Below, one piece after another: positions 1-10,838 of a DNA stretch of 64,000 nt. Each line of letters starts with the position of its first letter. The stretch's first letter is position 1. Location of the stretch: NCBI GenBank assembly GCA_963841435.1, contig CAWJCS010000006.1:448001-512000 (forward strand). Reading direction: 5' to 3'. Source of the stretch: an uncultured delta proteobacterium (GTDB lineage: Bacteria > Myxococcota_A > Polyangia > Polyangiales > Polyangiaceae). Below the pieces are notes generated by a model, which had not been told where the DNA came from, made no database searches, and saw only the letters and a program-made list of their open reading frames with translations. The translations under genes were made by a program, and so were the position numbers.

Positions 1-1646
1 AAGCCGAGCGTGTAGTGGCCGAGGGCGAAGTTCGGGCTCAGATCGACGCTGCGCGCGAGCTCGGAGAGCGCCTCGTCTTGCGCGCCGCGGAGCCACAAGG
101 CGCGGCCCATGGCCCAGTGGGCCGCCGGATCACGGTCGTCGGCGCCGAGGCTCTGATGCGCGCAAGCGTAGGCCTGCTCGATCTGGTGCTCGCGGTCGCG
201 GGTGAGCTCGAGAAAGGCGTTCTGGAAGTGGGTGAAGGAGAGGGCAGCGTGGGCGCGCGCGAAGGTCGGGTCGAGCTTCAGCGCTGAGCCGAGGAACGTC
301 GCGGCGTCTCGGTTGTCCTCACCGTTGAAGCGGTACATGTGCCAGAGGCCTCGGTGGTAGGCTTCCCACGCGTCGAGCGATGTCGGTGCTTTCAGCACGG
401 CGAGGTTGCGCTCGGCCGTTTCGATTTCCTCGGCAATCGCCGCGACGATGCGGTCCGCCACGCCATCGAGCACGTGAAAGCCGTCGCCCAGCACGCCGCC
501 GAGCTCGTCGGTCCAGACGATGCGCGATGCGCGCGTCTCGACGAGCTCGACGCCGACGAGCACCTCGCTGCCCGAGCGCTTGACCCAGCCGCTCGCGACG
601 TAGTCGACGCCCAGGATGCGCCCCGCCTCCTCGGGTCCGATGCCGCGCTCCCCGAGCGCGTAGACGGTGCCGCGGGCAATCACGAACAGCACGCGGAGCT
701 TGGCGAGGCGCGTGATCACGTCGTCGGTGAGCCCGTCACCCACGTGGCCGCTCTGTTGCGCGCTCCGTTCCACGAACGGCATCACCGCGATGGAGGCGCG
801 ACTTCGCTGCGACGCCACGATGCTCGCGACCTGCTGAGGCCGCGAGCCGAGCACCCCGGACGCGGCGTCCACGATGAGAGGCCCCGTCACGGCCGGGCGT
901 TCACGGGAGGGCGCGGCCGCGGCGCGGGAGCTCCGGACCTCTTCGCGCAGCGCCAGCCACTCGAGCCCTTCCTGCTCGAACGCGCGGATGGTCGCGGCGA
1001 GATGCGCTTCGGCCTCGTGCCGCCGGCCGGAGGCGACGAGCGTCGCGAGCAGCGCTCGATGGGCATCGCCGTCGAACGCTGATGCCTGGAGCCAGCGCTG
1101 CAAAGTCTTCAGGGCCTCGTCCGAAGCCGGCGGCACGCGCCGCAGGAGCTCGCGCGCGAGCGCGACCTGCATGGCAGAGAGCCGCTGTCGCTCGGTGCTG
1201 AGCCATCCGGCGAGGCCCGGGCCGGCGTCGAGCTCGAGGCCTTCGAGCAGCTCGCCCCCCATCAGGTCTACGGTGCGTCGCAAGCGCTCGTCCGTACAGT
1301 CACCGACGCCGTCCTCGACGACGCGTGCGATGTCGAGGGCATCGACCGTGCACTCGGAGAGATCGAGCGCGACGAGGTCGCGATCGCTCGTGACGAGACG
1401 TGCGGCGTTCGCCTCGCCGAGCACGCCGCGGAGCTTGCTCAGGCACCAGCGCAGCTCGCCGCGCGGGTCGTTGGCGGCGTCCCAGAGCAGGTCACAGAGC
1501 TTCGAGCGCGAGACGGCGCCTGGGCTCATGGCCAAATAACCCAGTAAAAACCGTATTTTGCGCGAGCGTGGCAGCAGGCGTCGCTCGCCCTCGGCGATCA
1601 CGCTGAGCGGCCCGAGCAGGCGGATTTCCAGCGTGGGATGGCTCAT
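1..1646 (-). CDS. SARP/BTAD-type transcriptional regulator with C-terminal TPR region (partial, runs off the window start)
   Basis: Not in the ORF track; I translated both ends by hand. N-term MSHPTLEIRLLGPLSV...SRSKLCDLLWD...RGELRWCLSKLR (winged helix/BTAD). C-term ALKLDPTFARAHAALSFTHFQNAF...SPNFALGHYTLG (TPR). Both are in the same frame. Confidence 0.85.
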   Translation of the reverse strand, partial: MSHPTLEIRLLGPLSVIAEGERRLLPRSRKIRFLLGYLAMSPGAVSRSKLCDLLWDAANDPRGELRWCLSKLRGVLGEANAARLVTSDRDLVALDLSECTVDALDIARVVEDGVGDCTDERLRRTVDLMGGELLEGLELDAGPGLAGWLSTERQRLSAMQVALARELLRRVPPASDEALKTLQRWLQASAFDGDAHRALLATLVASGRRHEAEAHLAATIRAFEQEGLEWLALREEVRSSRAAAAPSRERPAVTGPLIVDAASGVLGSRPQQVASIVASQRSRASIAVMPFVERSAQQSGHVGDGLTDDVITRLAKLRVLFVIARGTVYALGERGIGPEEAGRILGVDYVASGWVKRSGSEVLVGVELVETRASRIVWTDELGGVLGDGFHVLDGVADRIVAAIAEEIETAERNLAVLKAPTSLDAWEAYHRGLWHMYRFNGEDNRDAATFLGSALKLDPTFARAHAALSFTHFQNAFLELTRDREHQIEQAYACAHQSLGADDRDPAAHWAMGRALWLRGAQDEALSELARSVDLSPNFALGHYTLG

Positions 1647-1735
1647 GGGGCCGATCCCGGGGGCGTTTCCACGGCTCGTACCACGCGATGGCCCATGCCT
1701 CGTCGCCATCTTCGCACCCCAGGAGGTCCAAGCCA

Positions 1736-2218
1736 ATGACCCAGCCCCAGACCCTTTCCGAGCCAGCGCGTGACCCTCGAGCGCTCAGGCAGGCCAAGGC
1801 CCAGGTGGCCGAGCTCAAGAAGATGTTCGCGGACAGCGCGCAGGCGCGGGCCGAGCGCCAGCGGCGAAAGCCCCTCTACGAGCGCCTCGGCGGCCGCCCC
1901 GCCCTCGAGGCCGTCGTCGCCGACATCGTCGAGCTCCATTTCACGGAAGCCATCACCAAGCCGCTCTGCAAGGGCGTCGATCAGCAAAAGCTCGTCAGGC
2001 TCGTCGTCGAGTTCTTGTGTCGCGGCGCCGGTGGCCCCGAAACGTACACGGGGCGCGACATGGTGAGCGCGCATGCGCACCTCGGCATGACCGACGTTCA
2101 CTTCATGGCGGCCGGTGACCAAATCATGCGGGTTTTGCGCAAATACGGCGTGCCCGAGCCGGAGCAGCAAGAGGTGATGTGCCTCATCATCGCCCATCAC
2201 GACGACGTCATTCGCTGA
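1736..2218 (+). CDS. Group I truncated hemoglobin with N-terminal extension
   Basis: LYERLGG, GGPETYTGRDMVSAHAHL (proximal His); AGGAGG RBS at 1721-1726. Confidence 0.9.
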   Translation: MTQPQTLSEPARDPRALRQAKAQVAELKKMFADSAQARAERQRRKPLYERLGGRPALEAVVADIVELHFTEAITKPLCKGVDQQKLVRLVVEFLCRGAGGPETYTGRDMVSAHAHLGMTDVHFMAAGDQIMRVLRKYGVPEPEQQEVMCLIIAHHDDVIR

Positions 2219-2340
2219 CGCTCGACGAACGGCGGGGTCGGCGGCACGACCGTCCGGCGTCGGCCCGCGCTGGCGCTCGACGGACGGCGGGTCGGCGGCA
2301 CGACCGTCCGGCGTCGGTCCGCGCTGGCGCTCGACGCTCG
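2214..2340. repeat. Tandem repeat, two 54-55 bp units, between convergent globin and glnE
   Basis: ctcgacg anchors at 2221, 2276 and 2330; unit ...acggcgg(g)gtcggcggcacgaccgtccggcgtcggYccgcgctggcg. Confidence 0.85.
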
Positions 2341-2344
2341 AGTG

Positions 2345-5270
2345 TCACACCGATGGGCTCGAGCGCTTCTCGGGGTCGAGGTCGGACTCCGCGTCCGCGA
2401 CACCGAGCACGCGCAGGTACGCGACCCGGACCCGTTCCGTGAGAATCGTGGTAGCGGGCGAGCAGCGTGGTCGCGGCGGGCGTTTCGGGGCCGTCGCGGT
2501 AGCCGAGGCTGCGCGCGACGGCGCGAAGGGCCGGTCCCTCGGTTTCGAGGACGCTCGAGCTGCGCCCGCGCTCGACGTGCAAGCGCTGCTCGACTCGACG
2601 CAAGAAGCGGTAGCCTTCGCGCAGGGGCTCGTATTCGGCAAAGTCGATGTAACCCTGCGTTGCCAGCGCTTCGAGGGCGTCGGCCGTATCCTGCGTGTGG
2701 ACGCGCGGATCGTGACCGTGCCGCATCTGCAGGTACTGGACGGCGAACTCAACGTCGAGCAGCCCCCCGCGCCCGGCCTTGAGGTCGCGCCGGTCGGCGC
2801 GCTCGCGGCCGAGCTCGCGCTGCAGGCGCAGTCGCATGCGGTGGAGCTCGGAGCCCTCCGGGGGCGGACCGCCGTACGCCGCCCGCTCGGCAATCTGCTG
2901 TGCACGGGTGCCTAGCTCGGCGTCGCCCGCGGCGAACCGCGCGCGTAAAAGCGCCTGGCGCTCCCAGCTCGCGGCGGTCGCGCCCACGGCTCCCTCTGCG
3001 GGCTCGCCCGTGCCGAGCGGCACGGCGTGGTAGCGCGCGAAGGCCTCGAGCGACGTGACGAGCATGCCCTGCGAGCCCGAGGGACGGAGCCGCGTGTCGA
3101 GCTCGTAGCCGGGGCCGGTGACGTGCGGCTCGGAGATCAGGCGAATCACCGCCTGCGCGCGGCGCGAGAAAAAGGCCGCTGCTTCGTCCGGATCGGGCGC
3201 CTTTTCTGGATCGTAGACGAACAGCACGTCGAGGTCCGAGCCGTAGCCGAGCTCTCGGCCACCGAGCTTGCCCATCGCGAGCACGGCGAGCCCGCCCCGC
3301 TCACCGAGCACGTGGCCCATGGCGCGGCCGAGCTGCTCGTCCGCGAGCGCGGCGAGCAGACGCGTGGCCTCGTGGGTGAAGAGCGAGCCGGCGAGATCCG
3401 CGGTCGCCACCTCGAGCATGACGCGCTGTTTGGCGATGCGAAGCCCGGCGATGAGCGAGTCGCGCCGCTCCGCGTCCCCCGCGTCCTCGCTCAGTATCTG
3501 AGCCTGGACTTCGATCTCGATCTCGACGGCGGCCTCGGGGTCGCTGATGTTGCCGGCGCCGAAGACGATAACGTCGGCGAGCTCGGGCCGGCCGAGCACG
3601 GCATCGCGCACGAAGGCGCTCGACGCAAACGCCGTGATCATGCGCCGGAGGGCGAGCCTGTCGGTCGCGAGCGCGGCAAAATACGGTTCCGCCGAGGAAA
3701 ATCGCCCGAAGAAGCGGCGCAGGCCCGCGGCCGCTTGCTCGGGGTCCGAGGCGCCCCCCAGCTCCTCGAGCACGGCGAGGGCGAGGTCGGGGTGGCGCTC
3801 GCGCGTGAGCTCGCCGAGCAAGGCGTCCGGCCGCCGCGCCAGGGCGAGAAGGTGATCGCCGATCTCGGCGTTGCCGTACGCGGCTTCCACGGCTCGCTCG
3901 AGCGTTTCGCGATCGGCGCCCAGGTGCGCCACGAGCGGCTCGAAGGGCGAGCGTCGTCGTCGCGTGTTGGCACCCGGGGCCAGCGTGAGGAACAGGTCGT
4001 GCACCGCGTCGCGGGCGCGCGCGAGGGCCGTGGTGAGGCTTTTCTCGGCGACGCTCAGCGTGCGAGCCAGGTGCCCGAGCTGGTCGCCCTTCGGAAGCAG
4101 GTGCGTCTGCAGGCCGCTCATCCACTGCACGCGGTGCTCGAGCCGCCTGAGCAGGACGTACGCTTCGCCGACGGCGCGCGCTTCGGCGTCGCTGACGAGA
4201 CCGCGGCTCTTGAGCCGGGCGATGCCGGCGAGCGTGCCGCGAGCGCGTAGTGTCGGGTCGCGCCCGCCCCACACGAGCTCGAGCGTTTGCACGAAGAATT
4301 CGGCCTCGCGGATGCCGCCCTCGCCGAGCTTGAGGTCCCGCCGCGGGTCGGGTGACAGCTCGGCGCGCGAGCGCTTCACGAGGTCGGTCATGCCCGCCGC
4401 GATCTGCGGCTCGACCGCGCGCCGGAACACGAACGGGTGGATGATCTCGCGCTCGACGAGCCTGCCGAAGCGCTGATCGCCCGCCGAGGGGCGCGCCTTG
4501 AGCAGGGCCGCGCGCTCCCAAAGGCGTCCCCAGCGCGCGTAGTAGCGCTCCGCCGCGTCGGCGGAGTTGACGAGCGCGCCGCCCGAGCCCTCGGGACGCA
4601 GCCGCAGGTCGACGCGCCAGATCGGGCCGTCCGCCGTCGGCGCCTCGAACAGCTCGACGAGCCGCCGGACCACCTGCGTCCAGTGCTCGTGCAGGCTTCG
4701 TTCGCTCCGACCGTCGTCGGTGTCGTAGACGAACAGGAGGTCGACGTCGGAGCCCGCGTTGAGCTCGAGCCCGCCGAGCTTGCCCATGCCGAACACGGTC
4801 AGGACGGAGCGACCGCCGTCGGCGCGCAGTGGCGGGCCGAAGCGTGCCGCCACCTCGCTGGACGCGAGCTCGAGCACCCCTTCGAGCGCCGCATCGGCCA
4901 GCAGGCTGAGCTCGCGGGCGGTCGACTCGATCTCGGCTCCGCCGAGCTCGACGGGCAGAAGCTCGCGCAGCGCGACGCGCGCTTTCTCGGCCCAGACCCG
5001 GCGGCGGAGCGGGGAAAGCAGATCCTCGGCGGCCCCGGCTGAGGGGGCCCGCGGTCGCAGCCCGGCCGCGAGCTCGCGCTGGTGGCGCTCGGCGCGCCAG
5101 CCGCGCGCGGCGATTTCGTCGAGGGCGTCGACCTGCCAGCCGAGCGTGGCTGTAAGCGGCGGAAAGGCCGTTCCGAGCAGGATGGCGACCGGGCGGGCGC
5201 CGAGCTCCTGGGCGAGGAGCCCCGCGCGCTCCGCGTCGATCCTCTCGGCCAGGCGGTTGAGCTCGTCCAT
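2345..5270 (-). CDS. glnE: Bifunctional glutamine synthetase adenylyltransferase/adenylyl-removing enzyme; apparent single-base frameshift near 2444
   Basis: Two nucleotidyltransferase domains (MGKLGGLELNAGSDVD, MGKLGGRELGYGSDLD; DLRLRPEG, DTRLRPSG). Start MDELNRL at 5270. The C-terminal helix LTERVRVAYLRVLG lies in another frame, ending at 2345. Confidence 0.92.
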
Positions 5271-5387
5271 GGCTCCGGGGTGCCGTGCGCTCTCGCCGGC
5301 AAAAGAGAGCTTATACACGACACCATTGCGGTACGCTCCCCACGGCAGTAACCCGCGAAGCGCGAACTCTTCGCGGCAAGCGCTCTC

Positions 5388-6020
5388 ATGCGGTTTCTCT
5401 GCGTCTCTGACATCCACGGGCACGCGCGTGCGCTCGAGGCCGTGTTGCGCGAGGCGGACGCGTTCGGCTGGGATCAGCTCATCGCGTGCGGTGACCTGTG
5501 TTTTCCCGGGCCGGATCCGCTGAGCGTGTGGAAGATACTCGTCGAGCATCGCGCGCTCTGTGTGCAGGGCATCGGCGACCGTGCGCTCGCGCAGGTGGAT
5601 CCTTCCAAGCTCGCCGCTACCAAGCCCGTCGAGCGCGCGCGCATCGAGCGGCTCAAGCAGGCGCATCAAGAGCTCGGAGAGCTCATCATCGCTCGTCTCG
5701 GCAAGCTGCCGCAGCAGGCGTCGCTGCCGCTCGAGTCGGGACACACGATGCTCATCGTGCACGGCTCGCCGGCGGATCCGAGTGAGCCCCTGAGCTTCGA
5801 CATGACCGACGACGAGATCCTCGCGCTGCTCGGCGACGAGCCGGGGGACATCATCGTGTGCGGCGGCAGCCACGTGCCGTTCGAGCGCGAGGTCGCCGAC
5901 GTGCGTATCGTGAACGTCGGCTCCGTCGGCGAGGCCCCCGAGGGCGGCGTCGCTCACGGCGCGATCATCGTCACGTCGCAGACCGGCCACGCCGTGCGGA
6001 TGCTCAACGCGACCCTGTGA
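5388..6020 (+). CDS. Metallophosphoesterase (calcineurin-like, YfcE-type)
   Basis: SDIHG, GDL, HGSP, NVGSVG motifs; the GNH-type motif reads GIGD. Confidence 0.88.
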   Translation: MRFLCVSDIHGHARALEAVLREADAFGWDQLIACGDLCFPGPDPLSVWKILVEHRALCVQGIGDRALAQVDPSKLAATKPVERARIERLKQAHQELGELIIARLGKLPQQASLPLESGHTMLIVHGSPADPSEPLSFDMTDDEILALLGDEPGDIIVCGGSHVPFEREVADVRIVNVGSVGEAPEGGVAHGAIIVTSQTGHAVRMLNATL

Positions 6021-6056
6021 CGCCGCGTGCGGCGCCGTGACGCCGTGTGCGGCGCT
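6017..6056. repeat. Two 20-bp tandem hairpin units between convergent genes; possible bidirectional terminator or REP-like element
   Basis: gtga-cgccgc-gt-gcggcg-cc, then gtga-cgccgt-gt-gcggcg. Confidence 0.6.
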
Positions 6057-6886
6057 CAGCGTGCGGCCGCGCGCCGCGGGGCGGCGTCGAGCGCCCGGCG
6101 CAGCGAGCCCACGAGCGCGCTGACGGCGGCGACCCGGGCGTCGCTCGTTTTGCCACCGGCGATGGCGCGCACGACCTCGGTGCCCACGACGATGCCGTCA
6201 ACACCGGCCGCCGCGACGCCCGCCGCCTGCTCCGGCGAGCGGATCCCGAAGCCGACCACCACGGGTAGCCCCGCGCGGTCGCGAAGCGCTGCCGCCTCGC
6301 GCGCCGCCTCGGCGAGCGGAGCCTCGCGGCTGCCCGTCACTCCCGTGACGGAGACGTAGTAAATGAACCCGCGCGCCCTCTTCAAAAGCGCCGGCTCGCG
6401 CTCGCGTCCCGTCGTCGGCGCGACGAGCGGGATCATCGCGAGGCTTTCGCGCTCGGCGGCGTCGCGCAGCGCGGCGCCCTCCTCGGGGGGCAAATCGACG
6501 ACCAGCAGCGCATCGATGCCCGCCCGCGCGGCCGCCGCCGGCAGCGTCGTCTCACCGAAGGCGAGCAGCGGGTTCACGTAGGTGAAGAGCACGAGCGGCG
6601 CTTCCGACTCGGCGCGCAGCCGCTCGGCGACGGAGAGCGCCGCCTTGAGCGAGCCGCCCGTCTTGATCGCCCGGTAGCTCGCCGCCGCGATCACCGGGCC
6701 GTCGGCCGTCGGGTCGCTGAACGGCACGCCGAGCTCGAGCACGTCGGCGCCCGCGGCGAGCGCGGCCCGCGCGCAGGCGAGGCTGTCATCGACGCTCGGA
6801 TCGCCGATCGTGAGGTACACGCCGAGCGCCGTCCGCCCCTCGCTCGCGAGCTTCGAGAAGCGCTCGGAAAGCCGCTCGACGGTCAT
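6056..6886 (-). CDS. trpA: Tryptophan synthase alpha chain
   Basis: [31 protein letters not shown]; start overlaps the trpB stop. Confidence 0.97.
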   Translation of the reverse strand: MTVERLSERFSKLASEGRTALGVYLTIGDPSVDDSLACARAALAAGADVLELGVPFSDPTADGPVIAAASYRAIKTGGSLKAALSVAERLRAESEAPLVLFTYVNPLLAFGETTLPAAAARAGIDALLVVDLPPEEGAALRDAAERESLAMIPLVAPTTGREREPALLKRARGFIYYVSVTGVTGSREAPLAEAAREAAALRDRAGLPVVVGFGIRSPEQAAGVAAAGVDGIVVGTEVVRAIAGGKTSDARVAAVSALVGSLRRALDAAPRRAAAR

Positions 6887-8091
6887 TTCGGGAGCCTCGC
6901 GAGCAGCGTGGCGAGATCCTTGTCGCCGCGCCCCGAGAGGCACACGGCAAGCTTCACGGCCCGCCCGAGGCGCCCGCTCTCGCGCTCGGCGACGTCGGCG
7001 ATGCGCGCGAAAGCGTGCGCCGTTTCGAGCGCAATCAGGAGCCCCTCGGTGAGGGCCACGCGCTCGGTCGCGGCGAGCGCCTCCTCGTCGGTCGCCGTGA
7101 GGTACGTCGCGCGCCCGCTCGCCTTGAGCGCGGCGTGCTCGGGACCGACGCCCGGATAGTCGAGCCCGGCGCTGATCGAATGCGCCTCGAGGATCTGCCC
7201 GTCGTCGTCGGCGAGCACGCGCGTGCGTGCGCCGTGCAGCACACCGACGCGTCCGGCCGTCAGCGTCGCGGCGTGGTGCGTCGTCTCGAGGCCCTCGCCC
7301 GCCGCCTCGACGCCGTAGAGCGCGACCTCGTCACCGATGAAGGCGCGGAACATGCCGATCGCGTTCGAGCCGCCGCCTACGCACGCGACGACGGCGTCCG
7401 GCAGCGTCCCGCTCGCCGAAAGCAGCTGCGCCCGCGCCTCGTCGCCGATCACGCGCTGGAGCTCCGAGACGAGCGCGGGGTAGGGGTGTGGGCCCGCGGC
7501 CGAGCCCACGCAGTAGTGCGTCGTCCGCACGTTGGTCACCCAGTCGCGCAGCGCCTCGTTCATGGCGTCCTTGAGCGTGCGCGAGCCGGACTCGACCGGG
7601 ATCACGCGGGCGCCCAGCATGCGCATGCGCGCGACGTTCGGCGCCTGCCGCTCGATGTCGACCGCGCCCATGTACACCTCGCAGGGCAGGCCCTGCATCG
7701 CCGCGGCCGTCGCCGTCGCCACGCCGTGCTGCCCGGCGCCCGTCTCGGCGATGATGCGCGTCTTTCCGAGCTCCTTGGCGAGCAGCACCTGACCGAGCGC
7801 GTTGTTCAGCTTGTGAGCGCCCGTGTGGCACAGATCCTCGCGCTTGAGCCAAAGCTCGGCGAGCACGCCCGGGCTCGGCACGAGCGCCTCGGCGAGGCGC
7901 GGCGCGCGGTAAACGGGCGTCGGCCGCCCCACGTAGCTCACGAGTAGATCGCGCCAGCGCTTCTGAAAGGCGGGCCCGAGCACGATCTCGTGGAACGCGC
8001 GCTCGAGCTCATCGAGCGCGGGCACGAGCGTCTCGGCGACGAAGCGGCCGCCGAACTCGCCGTAGTAGCCGGCTCGCGCCGCGTCGCTCAT
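6883..8091 (-). CDS. trpB: Tryptophan synthase beta chain
   Basis: [45 protein letters not shown]. Confidence 0.98.
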   Translation of the reverse strand: MSDAARAGYYGEFGGRFVAETLVPALDELERAFHEIVLGPAFQKRWRDLLVSYVGRPTPVYRAPRLAEALVPSPGVLAELWLKREDLCHTGAHKLNNALGQVLLAKELGKTRIIAETGAGQHGVATATAAAMQGLPCEVYMGAVDIERQAPNVARMRMLGARVIPVESGSRTLKDAMNEALRDWVTNVRTTHYCVGSAAGPHPYPALVSELQRVIGDEARAQLLSASGTLPDAVVACVGGGSNAIGMFRAFIGDEVALYGVEAAGEGLETTHHAATLTAGRVGVLHGARTRVLADDDGQILEAHSISAGLDYPGVGPEHAALKASGRATYLTATDEEALAATERVALTEGLLIALETAHAFARIADVAERESGRLGRAVKLAVCLSGRGDKDLATLLARLPK

Positions 8092-8762
8092 GGTGCCCGG
8101 CTCGTAGTCCACGAGCCTCCGCTTGTCGAGCCATCCGGGCCCGCCGGGGCGGCTCTGGCGGCGCGCACGAAGCGCTCCACCTTGCCGGGGTCCTTGCGGC
8201 GCGGATCGGCGCCCTCCACGCCGCTTGCCGTATCGACGCCGAACGGCCGCACTTCGGCGATGGCCTGCGCGACGTTCTCGGGCGTGAGCCCCCCCGCCAC
8301 GATGAGTTGCCGCTCACCCGCGAGGGCGCGCACGAGCCCCCAGTCGAAGCGTTGCCCCGTGCCGCCGAGCGCGCCCGTCACCTTGGCGTCGGCGAGCAGC
8401 CGAGCGCCCGGGTACGCCGCGGCTCGCGCTATGTCGCTCACCTCGGCCACGTGCAGCACCTTGTACGCGCTCGGCAGGAGCGCCCGCACGAGGTCTGGGC
8501 TCTCGTCGCCGTGCAGCTGCAACCACTCGATGCCCGTCTCGGCGCGGAGCGCCTCGAGCGCCTCGCAGTCGAGATCCGCGACGACCGCGACGACCTCGAC
8601 GCGGTCACCCACCGCCTCGCGCACGGCGCGCGCCGTCGCCGCATCGACGCGGCGCTTCGAGCTCGCGACGAGATTGACACCCACGGCGTCCGCACCGGCC
8701 TTTACGGCCACGAGCGCGTCCTCGACCGTCGTGACGCCGCAGATCTTCACCCAGACCGACAT
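8088..8762 (-). CDS. trpF: Phosphoribosylanthranilate isomerase
   Basis: [40 protein letters not shown]. Confidence 0.97.
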   Translation of the reverse strand: MSVWVKICGVTTVEDALVAVKAGADAVGVNLVASSKRRVDAATARAVREAVGDRVEVVAVVADLDCEALEALRAETGIEWLQLHGDESPDLVRALLPSAYKVLHVAEVSDIARAAAYPGARLLADAKVTGALGGTGQRFDWGLVRALAGERQLIVAGGLTPENVAQAIAEVRPFGVDTASGVEGADPRRKDPGKVERFVRAARAAPAGPDGSTSGGSWTTSRAP

Positions 8763-8965
8763 GGGGCCCGCTCTTTTAGCTCAACCGAACACGTGGCGCG
8801 ATGCTTCGAGCCTCCCCCGGTGGCGTGCAGCCTCTGCGGCGCCGCCGTCGCCTGCTGCCCGCTGCCCGCTCCGGGCCCGTGCCCGCGAGCAAGCCCGACG
8901 TCGCGCCGGTGTCCAGAGCCGTCCGATTGGCAGGGGGTTTGGGCGACCACGGTCGCTCGCCGCGG

Positions 8966-9050
8966 GCGGCGCCGTTGCACGCCGTTCCACGCCGGAGGCG
9001 ACTGCATCGCTCGCGCGAGCGGCGCCGTTGCACGCCGTTGCACGCCGCCG
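8966..9050. repeat. Short nested repeats (10-bp gccgttgcac units within a ~29-bp duplicated block)
   Basis: gcggcgccgttgcacgccgttccacgccg near 8966 and gcggcgccgttgcacgccgttgcacgccg near 9018. Confidence 0.65.
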
Positions 9051-9089
9051 CCGACTCCGTCGCGTGGCGTCGCCGCGCGAGGCTCGTCG

Positions 9090-10388
9090 CTAGCGTGCGC
9101 AGCCGACCTGCTCGGTGCCGACGAACACGTCGTCGTAATAAACCTGGCCGAGCTGGCCGCTGAAGTCCTGCACGCCGATCTTCAGGAAGTTGAACATCGG
9201 CCCCCACGAGACGCGCGGCGTGCCGTTGCCGCCGAAGTCGTGAACGTGCATCTCCGTGAGCTCGGCATCGTCGACCCACACGCGAAACTCGCTGTCGCCG
9301 CCGTCGAAGAGCGCCTCGAGGCAGTACCAGCGTGTGGCTTCGAACTGAAAGCCGGCGCCCGGGAAATCACCGGGATTGCCGCCGTCGGTGAAGCCGTTCG
9401 AAAAGTGCGTCACCTCGCCGGGGCCGTCGGTGGGCGCCTGGAGATTCAGGTCGAGCATTTCGACGTTGCCCGAGGGCTTGGACAACCCGAGTCGGAGCTC
9501 GGTGCCCGCGTTGTCCTTCGCGACGGCGCCCACGAGGAAAGTGGTGTGACCCGAGACGGCGCTCGTCGCCTTCTCGAAGCTCACGTACATGCGCGCGTAA
9601 AATTTGTTGTTCGGCGGGGGAAAGCCAACGACGGGAATGATGAACGAGCCGACGCTCGTGCCCGACGCGCGCACGGAGTTGGGCGCGCTATGCGCGAGCG
9701 TATTGGTGACGACGGGCTGCTGGTTCGCGTCGAAGGAGGGGTAGGGCTCCCACTTGGCGGCGTCGGGCGGCATGGCGTTCGTCGCCGCGTCGAAATCGTC
9801 CTGAACGAGGATCGTGCCCGTGTAGGCGGTCGAGCCGGCCCCGCCGCCGATGCCGGCGTCGCCCGCGCCGCCCGCCGTGCCCGCGCCGTCGCCCGCGCTG
9901 CCGCCCGTGCCCGCGCCGCCACCCAGTCCGCCCGGGTCGCCGCCAACGCCCGCGCCTCCAGCATCGAGGCCCGCCCCGCCACCGAGCCCGCCCACGCCGC
10001 CGAGCCCGCCCACGCCGCCCGTCGGCGTTGCCCCCGCGCCGCCGCCCGTGCCGCCCGTCGCAGCGCCGCTCGAGCCCCCCGCGGCGGAAGCGCCGCCCGT
10101 GCCGCCGCCGCTCCCGCCCGTGCCTGCCATGCTGGCGCCCGCCGTGCCGCCGAGCGCACCGCCGACGCCGCCGGCGCCGCTCGCGTCGATGTCCGGCTTC
10201 GTTTCCACCGAACAGGCGACGGCTCCCGTGAGCGCGAGCGCCAGGCTGGCACGCACGAGGACGAGGGCACGGCCCGTCGGGGCCCGTCCGCAAAGCTCGC
10301 GACGGCGCGGGGTGCTCGCGCGGGGTGCGCCCGTGCGCGGGGCCGTGGCGTCCGTCGAGGCTGGGCGAGCGTTGCTAACGCCCATCAC
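9090..10388 (-). CDS. Lipoprotein with Gly/Ala-rich linker and Cip1-like (polysaccharide-lyase-like beta-sandwich) domain
   Basis: Lipobox AVAC, long GGAG linker, C-terminal FYARMY...WYCLEALFDG...RVWVD...YYDDVFVGTEQVGC. The start is uncertain. Confidence 0.7.
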   Translation of the reverse strand: MMGVSNARPASTDATAPRTGAPRASTPRRRELCGRAPTGRALVLVRASLALALTGAVACSVETKPDIDASGAGGVGGALGGTAGASMAGTGGSGGGTGGASAAGGSSGAATGGTGGGAGATPTGGVGGLGGVGGLGGGAGLDAGGAGVGGDPGGLGGGAGTGGSAGDGAGTAGGAGDAGIGGGAGSTAYTGTILVQDDFDAATNAMPPDAAKWEPYPSFDANQQPVVTNTLAHSAPNSVRASGTSVGSFIIPVVGFPPPNNKFYARMYVSFEKATSAVSGHTTFLVGAVAKDNAGTELRLGLSKPSGNVEMLDLNLQAPTDGPGEVTHFSNGFTDGGNPGDFPGAGFQFEATRWYCLEALFDGGDSEFRVWVDDAELTEMHVHDFGGNGTPRVSWGPMFNFLKIGVQDFSGQLGQVYYDDVFVGTEQVGCAR

Positions 10389-10762
10389 TCGATGCGCAAG
10401 AGCTCCTTCACGGTCGCGATCACCTGGGGAGCCTGAATGGGCTTGGTGATGTACGCGTTGGCCCCGAGCTGCAGGGCGCGCTGGCGGTCTTCCTGCGACC
10501 CCTCGGTCGTGATGATGACGATCGGCGTGTCCTTGTGGACCGGATCGCTACGCACGCGCTTCACGAGCTTGAGCCCGTCCATGATCGGCATGTTGATGTC
10601 GGTCACGATGATGTCGTAGCGAGCCGACGCGAGCTTGCGCAGGCCATCGACGCCGTCGTCCGCCTCCGTCACTCTCAGGTTCTTCACTCTTGCGAGCGCG
10701 AACACCAAGAGCTGACGCATCATCGGCGAGTCTTCGACGATCAAGCAGGAGAACTCACTCAC
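10385..10762 (-). CDS. Single-domain CheY-like response regulator
   Basis: IVEDS, TDINMPIMDG, TT, YITKP. Confidence 0.95.
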   Translation of the reverse strand: MSEFSCLIVEDSPMMRQLLVFALARVKNLRVTEADDGVDGLRKLASARYDIIVTDINMPIMDGLKLVKRVRSDPVHKDTPIVIITTEGSQEDRQRALQLGANAYITKPIQAPQVIATVKELLRIE

Positions 10763-10838
10763 GACGCCCCCACTCTACGGCAAAGCGACCCCGCCTGCCC
10801 CATGCTTTGATGCCGTCGAACTTCAATAAATGCTCCCC

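Noticed and set aside
15-1539. Plus-strand ORFs 15..287, 339..1082 and 874..1539
   Set aside because: Shadows of the minus-strand regulator, which the track omits because it has no stop in the window.
5271-5990. N-terminal extension of the 1260-aa glnE ORF
   Set aside because: It is the antisense shadow of the phosphoesterase; GlnE begins at about 5270.
9830-10180. Non-coding repeat
   Set aside because: It encodes the Gly/Ala-rich linker of the lipoprotein.
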